Translations under genes and position numbers: made by a program
Shown here: piece by piece, positions 11,770-21,994 of the stretch
Position numbering within the stretch: the stretch's first letter is position 1
Layout: each line of letters opens with the position of its first letter
NCBI RefSeq assembly: GCF_001194135.2
Contig: NC_068988.1
Location: 90,808,878 to 90,872,877, forward strand
DNA length: 64,000 bases
Origin: Octopus bimaculoides
Taxonomy: Eukaryota
Reading direction: 5' to 3'
Notes under the pieces: model-generated
Told to the model about the DNA's origin: nothing
Databases searched by the model: none
The model's input: the letters and a program-made list of their open reading frames with translations, nothing else

Positions 11770-12250
11770 TCACCATTTGAGTGAAGACCTGTTGAGGCAA
11801 GTGAAATCGAAATCGAGTTAAATTTGACGACTGGCACCCATGCCAACGTCGTCTCCCTCATTGGACACGAAACTCAGCTTGCGAAGACTTATTGGGGCAA
11901 GCGAAAGCGAAATTGTGTGGCATCTGTGCCCGCGGTATGTGTAAGGACTTTCGAGCGAGATCGTTGCCAGTGCCCCTGGACTGGCTCTTGTGCAGGTGGC
12001 ACGTAAAATACACCATTTCGAGCGTGGCCGTTGCCAGTACCGCCTGACTGGCCTTCGTGCCGGTGGCACGTAAAAGCACCCACTACACTCTCTGAGTGGT
12101 TGTCGTTAGGAAGGGCATCCAGCTGTAGAAACTCTGCCAAATCAGATTGGAGCCTGGTGTAGCCATCTGGTTCATCAGTCCTCAGTCAAATCGTCCAACC
12201 CATGCTAGCATGGAAAGCGGAAGTTAAACGACGATGATGATGATGATGAC
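11770..12250 (+). mobile_element. Family A repeat, longest copy, with internal tandem stem-loop units
   Basis: Two ~68-bp units (ttcgagcg...gccagt...actggc...gtggcacgtaaaa), then the conserved catgctagcatgg...(GAT)n tail. Confidence 0.85.
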
Positions 12251-12892
12251 CATTTATCCATCTTTTGCAATACATAACACTGTCACCCTTAACCTCTCTA
12301 GTGCTGGTGTCATGGTGAAATGCATCTACTACACTTTGTAAAACGGTTGGATTTAGGAAGGGCTTCCAATAGGAGAAACCATGTCGAAATGAAATTCATG
12401 GGTGAGATGTTGCTCATCAACCCATCTAAGAGCACGGCAACAATTTGTCTAATGCATGCAAACATAGAATGGACATGCAAGATGATGATGAAGATGAACA
12501 TGGTGATGAAGATAAATAGAATGACGATGAGGAGGAGGATGATCCCTATGGATGAGACATGTCTGATGACAAAAAGAAAAGAACAAAAATATCTGTATTC
12601 ATGATAAATGAAAATAGTCTGAATCACAAAAGATGTTTTAATTTAACTTTCTTTTTCATCGTGAGTGTATATATGTAACATACATGTACACACACACTTA
12701 GCAGGAGTTAAATTGCACAAAGATTCGGTCTTGAAGGACCTATTCTGGTACTGTCGTTTCATCAGTAAAACAATCCAAACAAAGGATTTAATGCCAGTTT
12801 AGACAGAAGACAGAAACCACTCATATATTTTGAAGATGCTCCAGGATTGCTGGTGGGTGGGGGAGTGTAAAACTAAAAAGCGAAAACATTAC

Positions 12893-12920
12893 CTGTTGGT
12901 TATATTCACTATCAGAAATT
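12893..12920 (-). CDS. Candidate 28-nt micro-exon (FLIVNITN)
   Basis: Acceptor ctgttattctcag and donor CAG|GTAATG. Its phase is compatible with the only open frame of 10502-10590. Confidence 0.3.
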
Positions 12921-13372
12921 CTGAGAATAACAGTTTGTTTGGTATGTTCGTAGCCCTTTTGTTACCGTATTTCTGTTGAAACAGCTTCTGTTTCAATTAA
13001 TTTTTAAAATAATAACTTTGTCAGTCTAAAGCTGGTGTTTCACAGATAAATTAACATGAAATTTTGATGAGAGGTTCTAAATGAGTTCAGGTTAAAACAG
13101 GAAGTATTTTTCATAGAACCAGGCCTCAGTCAAAAGGGTTAATTCTAGCTTAGCTAAAAGAGGACAGGAAATCTATACTTTTTTAGAAGGGCTTTCAGGA
13201 CTATTGGAAGACAAGGAAGTAAAAAAAAAAAAATTCATTATGGGATTATATTCACTATCAGAAAGTTCAAAGATTAGTTAGGGATGTTCTTAAATGACTG
13301 AAATGACTCTTCCTCCACAAATCAAATCACTTGTAAAACAAGTAACTAGCCCAGAAAAGTATATATAATTAA

Positions 13373-13644
13373 CCCATAAACTGCGATAGGCAACCTCAGT
13401 GGCCAACGCGACAGTGCAACAAGCCACGTGCGTGGCCACAGAAATAAGGCATGATCTGACCTAATTTTGATGATGTATAATGTATGAACACGATACCCTT
13501 TCACCCCAGAAACAGTGTAGCCAATCAGAGAAGGTGCTAAGAAACACTGAGTATTTTTTTCGTGTGATAGATTGATGTTGACCTTTACCGAAAATAGGCT
13601 CAGCAGTTTGTGTTACATACAGCAAAATCCCAGCAGTTTATGGG
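13373..13644. mobile_element. piggyBac-type MITE, 272 bp
   Basis: Perfect 12-bp TIR CCCATAAACTGC with TTAA TSDs at 13369-13372 and 13645-13648. Confidence 0.85.
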
Positions 13645-14292
13645 TTAAATACATATATGATACAATTGTTATATTTCAGTAATTTGAAGGCAGACTCGTT
13701 ATTGCATCAGACAAATTGCTTTGCAGTAATTAGTTCCAGCACTCAAAGTTCTGAATTCAAATTTCTGCTGAAGTCAACTTTGTCTTTCATCCCTTAAAGC
13801 TCAATAAAATTTTATATCAGTCAAAGTATTGGGATACACAAACCCAACAGTTCTTTCCTCAGCATATATTTCTGCTCCTGTGTCTCTGCTACAATAATTT
13901 ATAGGTTACAACCTTTATTAGTTCTGATATTGCCCTAACTCCATCAAGGATTGAACAAGACTAAAATGTGTTCAAAATAACAATCTTTTTGGTATAAATC
14001 CCTCATAAGAAAACTCTAACCCATAGGACTTTCTGAGTAACATGCCCAACAGAAAATTACCTTGAATATTTTTTCTAGTAATGCAGCTTGTCTGATGATG
14101 AGCCATGTCTTATATGACCTTCTCCTTGAAAAGGATTGCCTATATTATTTACATTTGATGGATATTTGTCCTCATCTTGTTTGTTGTTAACACATTTCGG
14201 CTGATATACCCTCCGGCCTTCATCATGTGTCTTGGGGAAATTTCGAACCTGGGTTCTCATTCCTAAGGCATTTTTCAATGTTGTTGTTATAA

Positions 14293-14337
<45 letters not shown>

Positions 14338-14556
14338 GGGTCACTGCTTGGAAACCCTGTGGGATGAAGCTAAAATAATAGAGAGAGAACACCACTGGAA
14401 ACTAGGAAAACTAAAAGAAGCAGCACATATGCTAAGACACAACAACCTCCTAAGTAGACCGAGTGCAGATATGAGTAACATATGGGAACCGGTATTAAGG
14501 AAGGATAGGAAAATATTAGATTTATAGGCCCTAAAATTCACTCCATAATTGCCCAT

Positions 14557-14630
14557 GGGCATATGGCATAGTGGTTAAGAGTGTAGGCTACTAGCCCCAA
14601 GATTCCGAGTTCGATTCCAAGCAGTGACCT
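14557..14630 (+). promoter_or_regulatory. tRNA-like Pol III internal promoter (A and B boxes) at the start of the PLE pseudo-LTR
   Basis: A-box TGGCATAGTGG (14564-14574) and B-box GTTCGATTC (14609-14617) at tRNA-like spacing. Confidence 0.7.
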
Positions 14631-14694
14631 GAATAATAATAATAATATTGAAAAATACCTTAAGAATGAGAACCCAGGTTCGAAATTTCCCCAA

Positions 14695-14740
14695 GACACC
14701 TGAAGAGGGCTGGAGGATATATCAACCGAAACGTTGTGTT
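14695..14740 (+). ncRNA. Minimal type I hammerhead ribozyme motif in the PLE pseudo-LTR (degenerate second copy at 14189-14231, minus strand)
   Basis: GACAC-CUGAAGA-G-GGCUG[10-nt loop]CAACC-GAAA-CG-UU-GUGUU: helix I GACAC/GUGUU, helix II (GGCUG/CAGCC in the two-copy consensus), and the palindrome ACGU in place of helix III. Confidence 0.65.
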
Positions 14741-16278
14741 AACAACAAACAAGATGAGAACAAATATTCATCAAATGTAAATAATGTACATAATTCCTCA
14801 TCTCTTAAATATAGAACTGTAAGATGGCCTATGCCTGCTATAAACAAACCATGCTTCACAAGTGCTGCTTTGCTTGCTTTATGCTCTAGCTTGATGGGGC
14901 TGGGGTCATCCCAAATTCATGGTCCCATCATGTGTAGTACCAGCCAGATCCATCAGTGCTCTCCATCGCTGGCAGTCCCATGCCAGTTCCTCTGCATCCT
15001 GGAAGGTACTATTATAAACTCATCTATCAGTGACAATTAAATTTTTAAGGTGGTAAGCTGGCAGAACTATTAGCATACCAGGCAAAATGCTTAGTGGCAT
15101 TTCGTCCATCTTTAGCTCAAATTCCGGAGGTCAACTCTGTCTTTCATCTTTTTAGGATCAATAAAATAAGTACCAGTTGAGCAGTACCAGTGGTTCTCAG
15201 TCAGGATCCATATGGCTCTTGGGGTTCCATATTGGATTTTGTTGTTAATATCAATGTGCAATAAACTGGTTATATCACTACAATACACAAAATATTTAAA
15301 CATTTTTAATTCAATTCCTAATAATATTTAATCAAAAAATATAATAGGAGTTACTAGATATTGAACAGCTAAGACGATCCTCCACTCCCCGAGTAAAATA
15401 GGAATCAAAGGAATTCATAGGCAAAAATGGCTGAGAACCCATTTTTCGCTGAGAACCCATTAATGGCTTTATGCCTATAGTACAAAGGGTTATAATACAT
15501 TCAATTATTTTAAATCAAGGTTTAAATTTATATACCTTTATATTGTTGTTTAGATCAACTTTACTGTGACTTGAAATCTTGCCTATCAATTTGTTCAACA
15601 AGCCAATACGTAACAAGGCAAAATCTGAATGTTCCATTCTCCGTGGTATTCACAGTAAATTTTATTCTACTCACAGCATAAAAATCACCCTATTTGTAAA
15701 TGTTTCATTGTAATTCATAAAATTGTTTTTCAAAATATAATAAACTTATTTCAACATCTATATTATTGTCTATATATATAAAATGTTTATGAAGAAAAAA
15801 GGTGAATCCCATAAAGAAATAATCTCTACTTAAGTGCTAGCAACCACCTGTGTCTAAATAAACACAAACATATACTGTTATACAACATCAGGCAGGATTT
15901 CTTTTGTGTACAATACACATGTAGTGAAGCAAATATGCGTACACGTCAAAACAGGAACCTATGCAAGTATTCCTGCATATATGCATCAAACAGATTGCAG
16001 CAATCTCGTGTTACAGCACCGACATCAGCCTGCTATTAACAGCTGTTTAATTTTGCAGCTGCAACCATTGCGAGGAAATAATCAGCCAAACAGACACATG
16101 TGCAGTTTATATACATATGTGTAACAGTAAGTACACAATTGTATATAGTTGGGTCTGTGAAAACATGTATGTGTATATAGATAGACAGATAGACAGACGT
16201 ATATATATATATATATATATATAAATAATATATACATACAAATATACATATATAAATATACATATAAAAATATACATG

Positions 16279-16313
<35 letters not shown>

Positions 16314-16659
16314 CAAATAAATGTAAATATTCACATATAAGTATACATATATACATATAAATATACATATATAAATATGTACATAAATATACATATAAAT
16401 ATATACAAATATATATAATATACATATAAATATATATATAAATATATAAATATACATATAAATATANNNNNNNNNNNNNNNNNNNNNNNNNNNNNNNNNN
16501 NNNNNNNNNNNNNNNNNNNNNNNNNNNNNNNNNNNNNNNNNNNNNNNNNNNNNNNNNNNNNNNNNNATATATATATATATATATATATATATTCTTTTAT
16601 ATGTATCAGTCCCATGACTGTGGCCATGCTGGAGCACCACCATTGTGATCATCTTTCCA

Positions 16660-17105
16660 CTCTCCACCTTTGTCAGAGCGGCTTTTGATGAGGGATGGAG
16701 TTCGATGTTACTGCCCTCTTTTGAGTTTCCTGCCTAGATATTGGCTCATCCAGGATTTCGGTGAGCCAGAGGTCAAGTTCATCCACTCCATGGAGGCTCC
16801 TCAGATATTTCGGCAGACAGTTAAACAGCTGTGGGCCCTTGAAACCCAAGCTATTGCAGTACATTGTCCTTGCCCGAGATGGAGCAATCAGCACAGTGGG
16901 GACAGCACAGTGACATCCTGTTCGTAGCCTTGTATAGATCTTTATTCCAACGTTTGGTACCAGTCCTTCCAGTATTTTCCATATATATATCACTACATAC
17001 CTCTCCCGCCTTCGCTCCAGGGAACAGAGTCGTAGCTCTTTCACTCTGTCCCAGTAGCTGTCATTCCATCGATGCAATTTTCTTTGTGTTATGTCATTGG
17101 ACTGC
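16660..17105 (-). mobile_element. CR1-clade LINE 3' fragment
   Basis: ORF-track peptide SYWDRVKELRLCSLERRRERYVVIYIWKILEGLVPN...NSLGFKGPQLFNCLPKYLR...LDLWL..I.DEP. Confidence 0.85.
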
Positions 17106-17129
17106 TTCAAGCTCTACTATCTTCCTTGT

Positions 17130-17345
17130 AGTACATTGCCCAACTCTTCGAAACGCTCGTGTTAAAACGGGGGTAGCTGATGAAGGAAAATGTTCTCTAT
17201 GTGGCTTGTGTGTTTTCTGTACTCTGGTTATTATTATTTTCTTGTCTACGTTTTGTTTGCAATGTCCTGTACCCAGATATGCACCTATATATACAAGTCG
17301 ACGTAGGTATGCACATACCTGTGCGTATATATGCATATACTCATT
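17130..17345 (+). mobile_element. Unclassified short repeat with CGAAACGC and CTGATGAAGG motifs and an AT/microsatellite end (reverse copy at 21775-21992)
   Basis: The two copies share cttcgaaacgc...aaaacgggg...ctgatgaagg..aatgttct.tatgt...atgtcctgtaccca.atatgca. Confidence 0.6.
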
Positions 17346-17386
17346 TATTATTTGTTTTTATATATATATATATATATATATACACA

Positions 17387-17422
<36 letters not shown>

Positions 17423-17776
17423 NNNNNNNNNNNNNNNNNNNNNNNNNNNNNNNNNNNNNNNNNNNNNNNNNNNNNNNNNNNNNNNNNNNNNNNNNNNNNN
17501 NNNNNNNNNNNNNNNNNNNNNNNNNNNNNNNNNNNNNNNNNNNNNNNNNNNNNNNNNNNNNNNNNNNNNNNNNNNNNNNNNNNNNNNNNNNNNNNNNNNN
17601 NNNNNNNNNNNNNNNNNNNNNNNNNNNNNNNNNNNNNNNNNNNNNNNNNNNNNNNNNNNNNNNNNNNNNNNNNNNNNNNNNNNNNNNNNNNNNNNNNNNN
17701 NNNNNNNNNNNNNNNNNNNNNNNNNNNNNNNNNNNNNNNNNNNNATATATATATATATATATATATATACACAAAC

Positions 17777-17809
<33 letters not shown>

Positions 17810-18284
17810 TACACACAGGCTTACAAATATGTACATATCGGCAATCTTATATATTCACTTTGTATGTGTTTGTTTGTGTATGTGTGCATGTGAACTGAAC
17901 ATCATTATCTGCATGTGTGTGTGTTTAAAATGTGGCACTGTCAACTAGCAGCAAAACAATGACATTGTTACAATAGAAACAACAATAAATCTCCGATATA
18001 GTAAATAAGTAGACAAAAGGAATGAGGCAGCCAACTCTCGTGAGGTTGTTCAACCCACTCAGTCTCATGCAGTAGACATGTATTGCTCAATATACTCCAT
18101 AGTCTACGTACATTTTCTGATAGAGGAAACTTCGTGAGTGAGTAAATGGACTCTGCTTATAAATAGTAGTTTTCACATGCAACAATCTCACTGCTCAAGT
18201 CACTCCCTGGCTTGCCAGAAATAGCAACCAAATTCCTTTAGAAGTTTAGAGTGGATATTGTAGTCTTTGACACTATTCTTTGGC

Positions 18285-18471
18285 GTGTTTCAGTCATTTG
18301 ACTGCGGCCATGCTGGAGCACCACCTTGAAAGGTTTTAGCCAAATAAATCAATCCCAGAACTTATTTTTTTAAGCCAAGTACTTATTTTATTGATCACTT
18401 TTGCCAAACTGCTAAGTTACGGGGACATAAACACACCAACACTGTGACGGGGGGACAAACACAGACACAAA

Positions 18472-18514
<43 letters not shown>

Positions 18515-18645
18515 CAGGTTTCATTCAGTATCTGTCTACCAAATCTACTCAGAAGGCTTTGGTGAGTCCAAGGTGCCACACAGTGGGACTGAACCTGGAA
18601 CCTTGTGGTTGGGAAGCAAGCTCCATACCAAACAACCACACCTGA
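18285..18645 (-). mobile_element. tRNA-headed SINE family C with an internal microsatellite (other copies 20573-20953, 23457-23862, 32459-32851, 34580-34835, 42110-42420, 47760-48140; partial heads 4860-4985, 7080-7228, 31585-31730, 32293-32450(+), 40925-41075(+), 53590-53742)
   Basis: Recurrent tttcagtcatttgactgcggccatgctggagcaccgcc...ctatagtagaagacacttgcccaaggtgccacgcagtgggactgaacc...ccacacagcc. The head has an A-box TGGCTGTGTGG and a B-box GGTTCAGTCCC. Confidence 0.9.
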
Positions 18646-19209
18646 GCTGAAAATGAGACCGGAAGGTCGTGATTGTGACACTTCTGGTCAAAGGTCTTGC
18701 TGGATCAGAGTAACTTGCTGGTAAATATCAACAATCTGATGAATGTACTTTGTATAAGTTACTATATACTAGACACACAAGTTTGTGGTTATTGCTCAAT
18801 TCCTGGAAATAAAAGCCAAAATCTCTCTCAAATGGTAATGTATTGTTATAAAAAGATCACCTAGTTCTAGATGCACTGTCTGAATAGAAAACAAGATAAA
18901 TACTGCTAGAATGTCTTACTCAGGAGCTAAACAATACCAGTTATATGTATGCATGAGTTTGCGTATGTGGGTGTGTATATGTGTGTGTGTGTATGTGTGT
19001 GTGTAATAGATAATTCAGAACCAAGTAAGGTAAACTATGAAGTCATAACTTGATACTGCTAGAAATAGCAGTCAAATCATCTTCGTATTAATCTTATTCT
19101 TTGAATTACACCACATTGAATTAATAAATTACACCTGGATAAACTGTGTTGTTGACTTCCGAGTGCATTTAGTCATGAACTCAGTAGCAATGAATTATAC
19201 CACACAACA

Positions 19210-19752
19210 GTCGAGGGTTCCAGTTGATCCGATCAATGGAACAGCCTGCTCGTGAAATTAACGTGCAAGTGGCTGAGCATTCCACAGACATGTGTACCCT
19301 TAACGTAGTTCTCGGGGATATTCAGCGTGACACGGCTGACCCTTTGAATTACAGGCACAACAGAAACAGGAAGTAAGAGTGAGAGAAAGTTGTGGTGAAA
19401 GAGTACAGCAGGGTTCGCCACCATCCCCTGCCGGAGCCTCGTGGAGCTTTAGGNNNNNNNNNNAACGTGCAAGTGGCTGAGCATTCCACAGACATGTATA
19501 CCCTTAACGTAGTTCTCGGGGATATTCAGCGTGACACGGCTGACCCTTTGAATTACAGGCACAACAGAAACAGGAAGTAAGAGTGAGAGAAAGTTGTGGT
19601 GAAAGAGTACAGCAGGGTTCGCCACCATCCCCTGCCGGAGCCTCGTGGAGCTTTAGGTGTTTTCGCTCAATAAACACTCACAACACCCGGTCTGGGAATC
19701 GAAACCGCGATCCTATGACCGCGAGTCCGCTGCCCTAACCATTGGGCCTCCA
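19210..19752 (-). mobile_element. SINE family B copy, with ~190 bp repeated across a 10-N gap
   Basis: Reverse complement of the family B consensus; 19260-19453 is repeated after the gap at 19454-19463. Confidence 0.9.
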
Positions 19753-20526
19753 CTATACACATTATACACACTAACTAAATCAACTGTTGATAATAAGTCT
19801 TTGCAAGAGATACAGTTCAGTAACCTAAACCACACTAGTAGAATTATAAGCACTCCGGACAAAATGGTTAGCAGCATTTTTTCTGTCTTTATGTTCTGAG
19901 TTCAAATTCTGTTGAGGTTCACTTTTCATCCTTTCGGGGTTGATAAAATAAGTACTAGTTGAGCACCGGGGTCAATGTAATTGGCTTACCCACTCCCCTA
20001 AAATTGCAGGCCTTGTGCCAAAGTTTGAAACCTACATGCAGCTAGGTGGACCATTACCAGTAAATAGTTGTTATAGATATAGTTCATTGAACTGTACCAC
20101 ATTGTGGTATTTACATACAGCCAGGTGGACTGTTAACAGTTGTCTTTGCTATAGGCACAGTTCAGTGAACTATACCACACTGCCAAAACAACAATAATGC
20201 AAGATGGAAGGGAATTCCAGAGGGTAGCAGTTATGTGGAGGAATGTTTGGGCTGGACTTGGAGAGAAGAAGAAAGCAGTAAGCATTACAAAAAAAAAAAA
20301 ACCAAAGATGTATGAATCCAAAATTAATTAGTCAACCTCTAAGGTGGGAGGAGCAGAAATTGCTATTTAGTAGTAAAAGCAAAAAGAGGTAGCACATTAC
20401 AATAATGTGGTGGTAGCTGTATAGTGTGTTCGAGAGGTAAGGTTTACCTATTTGGTTAGTGTAGTGGTTTTCAAGCTGGGTGCTCTCCCTTACTAGCGGA
20501 TCAGGTTGTGTCAGCGACCATGATAT

Positions 20527-20763
20527 CCTTTAACATTCAGATTACTCGATCAAATGTAATGCTTATTTATTCTGTTATTCTTTTACTTTACAGTCATTTG
20601 ACTGTGGCCATGCGTGAGCACCGCCTTAATGAGTTTTAGTTGAAGAAATTGAGCCCAGGACTTATTCTTTGTAAGCATAGTATGTATTCTATCAGTCTCT
20701 TTTGCTGAACTGCTAAATTACAGGAATACAAACATACCAGCATCGGTTGTCAAATGATGGCGG

Positions 20764-20807
<44 letters not shown>

Positions 20808-21460
20808 GACAGGCTTCTTTCAGTTTCTATCTACAAAGTTCACTCATGGCTTTGGTTGGCCCAAGGCTATAGTAGAAGACACTTGCCCAAGGTGCCACAC
20901 AGTGGGACTTAACCAGAAACCAGGATGCAATCTTCTTACCACACAGCTACACCTGATTGTTCTGAATTAATTTTGCATTATCTCATAGCTTCAAAACTTC
21001 AACGATGTGCTTATTTATAACATTGTAGTAGACAAAGGACCAAAATGCCTGGTACCTTGCAATACTTAAGAAGATCCATACTCCACAGTAAAAGTGTTAA
21101 GGCCCCTTCCCACTAAAAAGGATTGGCCTGCAAGAGTCTTGTGTTGGTGCCACATGAAAAGCACTCGTGCTGCTGCCACCTAAAAAGCTCATGCAGTGCC
21201 ATATAAAAGCACCCAGCACACTCTGTAAAGTGGTTGGCATCTGGAAGGGTACCTAGCTGCCAAGTCAGACTGGAGCCTGGTGCCGCTCTCCAGCTGGCCA
21301 GCCCTGGTCAAACCATCCATCCCATGCCAACATGGACAACAAGTGTTAAATGATGATGATGATGACGTTGTGTAGGTGTGAGAGACTGGATCTGACTAGT
21401 TTGAAAAAAAAAAAAAAACAATATTTGAGCCAGACATGGCCAGTTTAAATGTTAATGGTT
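20527..21460 (+). mobile_element. piggyBac-type MITE (same family as 1721-2930) split by a family C SINE (20573-20953) and a family A element (~21030-21366)
   Basis: Pieces cctttaacattcagattac..., attgttctgaattaa...aacattgtag and gtaggtgtgagagactggatctg...ggtttaa are collinear with the 33763-33961 copy. Confidence 0.7.
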
Positions 21461-21681
21461 TAAGTCATTACTAAGCTTGCTAGTGGCTTTCTTGTAGCAT
21501 TACTTTCAATGTTCTGCATGATGTGAACTATGTTCATGGAAAGTTGGGAACAAAGGTGTGTTGACATATGGGCAGAGACAATGAAGTGGAAAAGTCGGGA
21601 ATATTTGGTCTACATAACATTTTCTAATTAAATAAATACTCTAATTGACATAGTTGGTTAATGAGCTCTCACACATTCTAC

Positions 21682-21741
<60 letters not shown>

Positions 21742-21994
21742 TAATAATATAAATAATATATAAATATATGCATATATATTTACATACCTACATATATATG
21801 TATATATACATGCATATATGGGTACAGGACATCAAAAAAACAGAATGAGAAATGAGAACACAAAAAACAAAAACAGAAAACGTACTTTTTTCGAACAATG
21901 AAAAAAAAACGAACAGAGAAACGAGACATGCAACATAAAGAACATTCCCTTCATCAGTTGTCCCCTGTTTTGTCTACTCCGCATTTTGAAGGTA

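Larger units (their letters stand above)
14142..14820 (+). mobile_element. 5'-truncated Penelope-like element: inverted pseudo-LTR + GIY-YIG C-terminus + direct pseudo-LTR
   Basis: 14142-14353 is an inverted copy of ~14612-14785. 14354-14527 is an uninterrupted frame TLWDEAKIIEREHHWKLGKLKEAAHMLRHNNLLSRPSADMSNIWEPVL...*, matching the PLE GIY-YIG tail pattern (W....I...E..W..R.LKEA.......L.R.......IW..L). Confidence 0.8.

Noticed and set aside
15676-15690. Possible 15-nt micro-exon before a GTGAGT donor (minus strand)
   Set aside because: Weak acceptor, and it gives a stop in the phase required to join the 12920 exon.
19260-19655. Apparent tandem duplication inside a family B SINE
   Set aside because: The duplicated ~190 bp lies on both sides of a 10-N gap and differs by about one base: an unmerged contig overlap or haplotype artefact.
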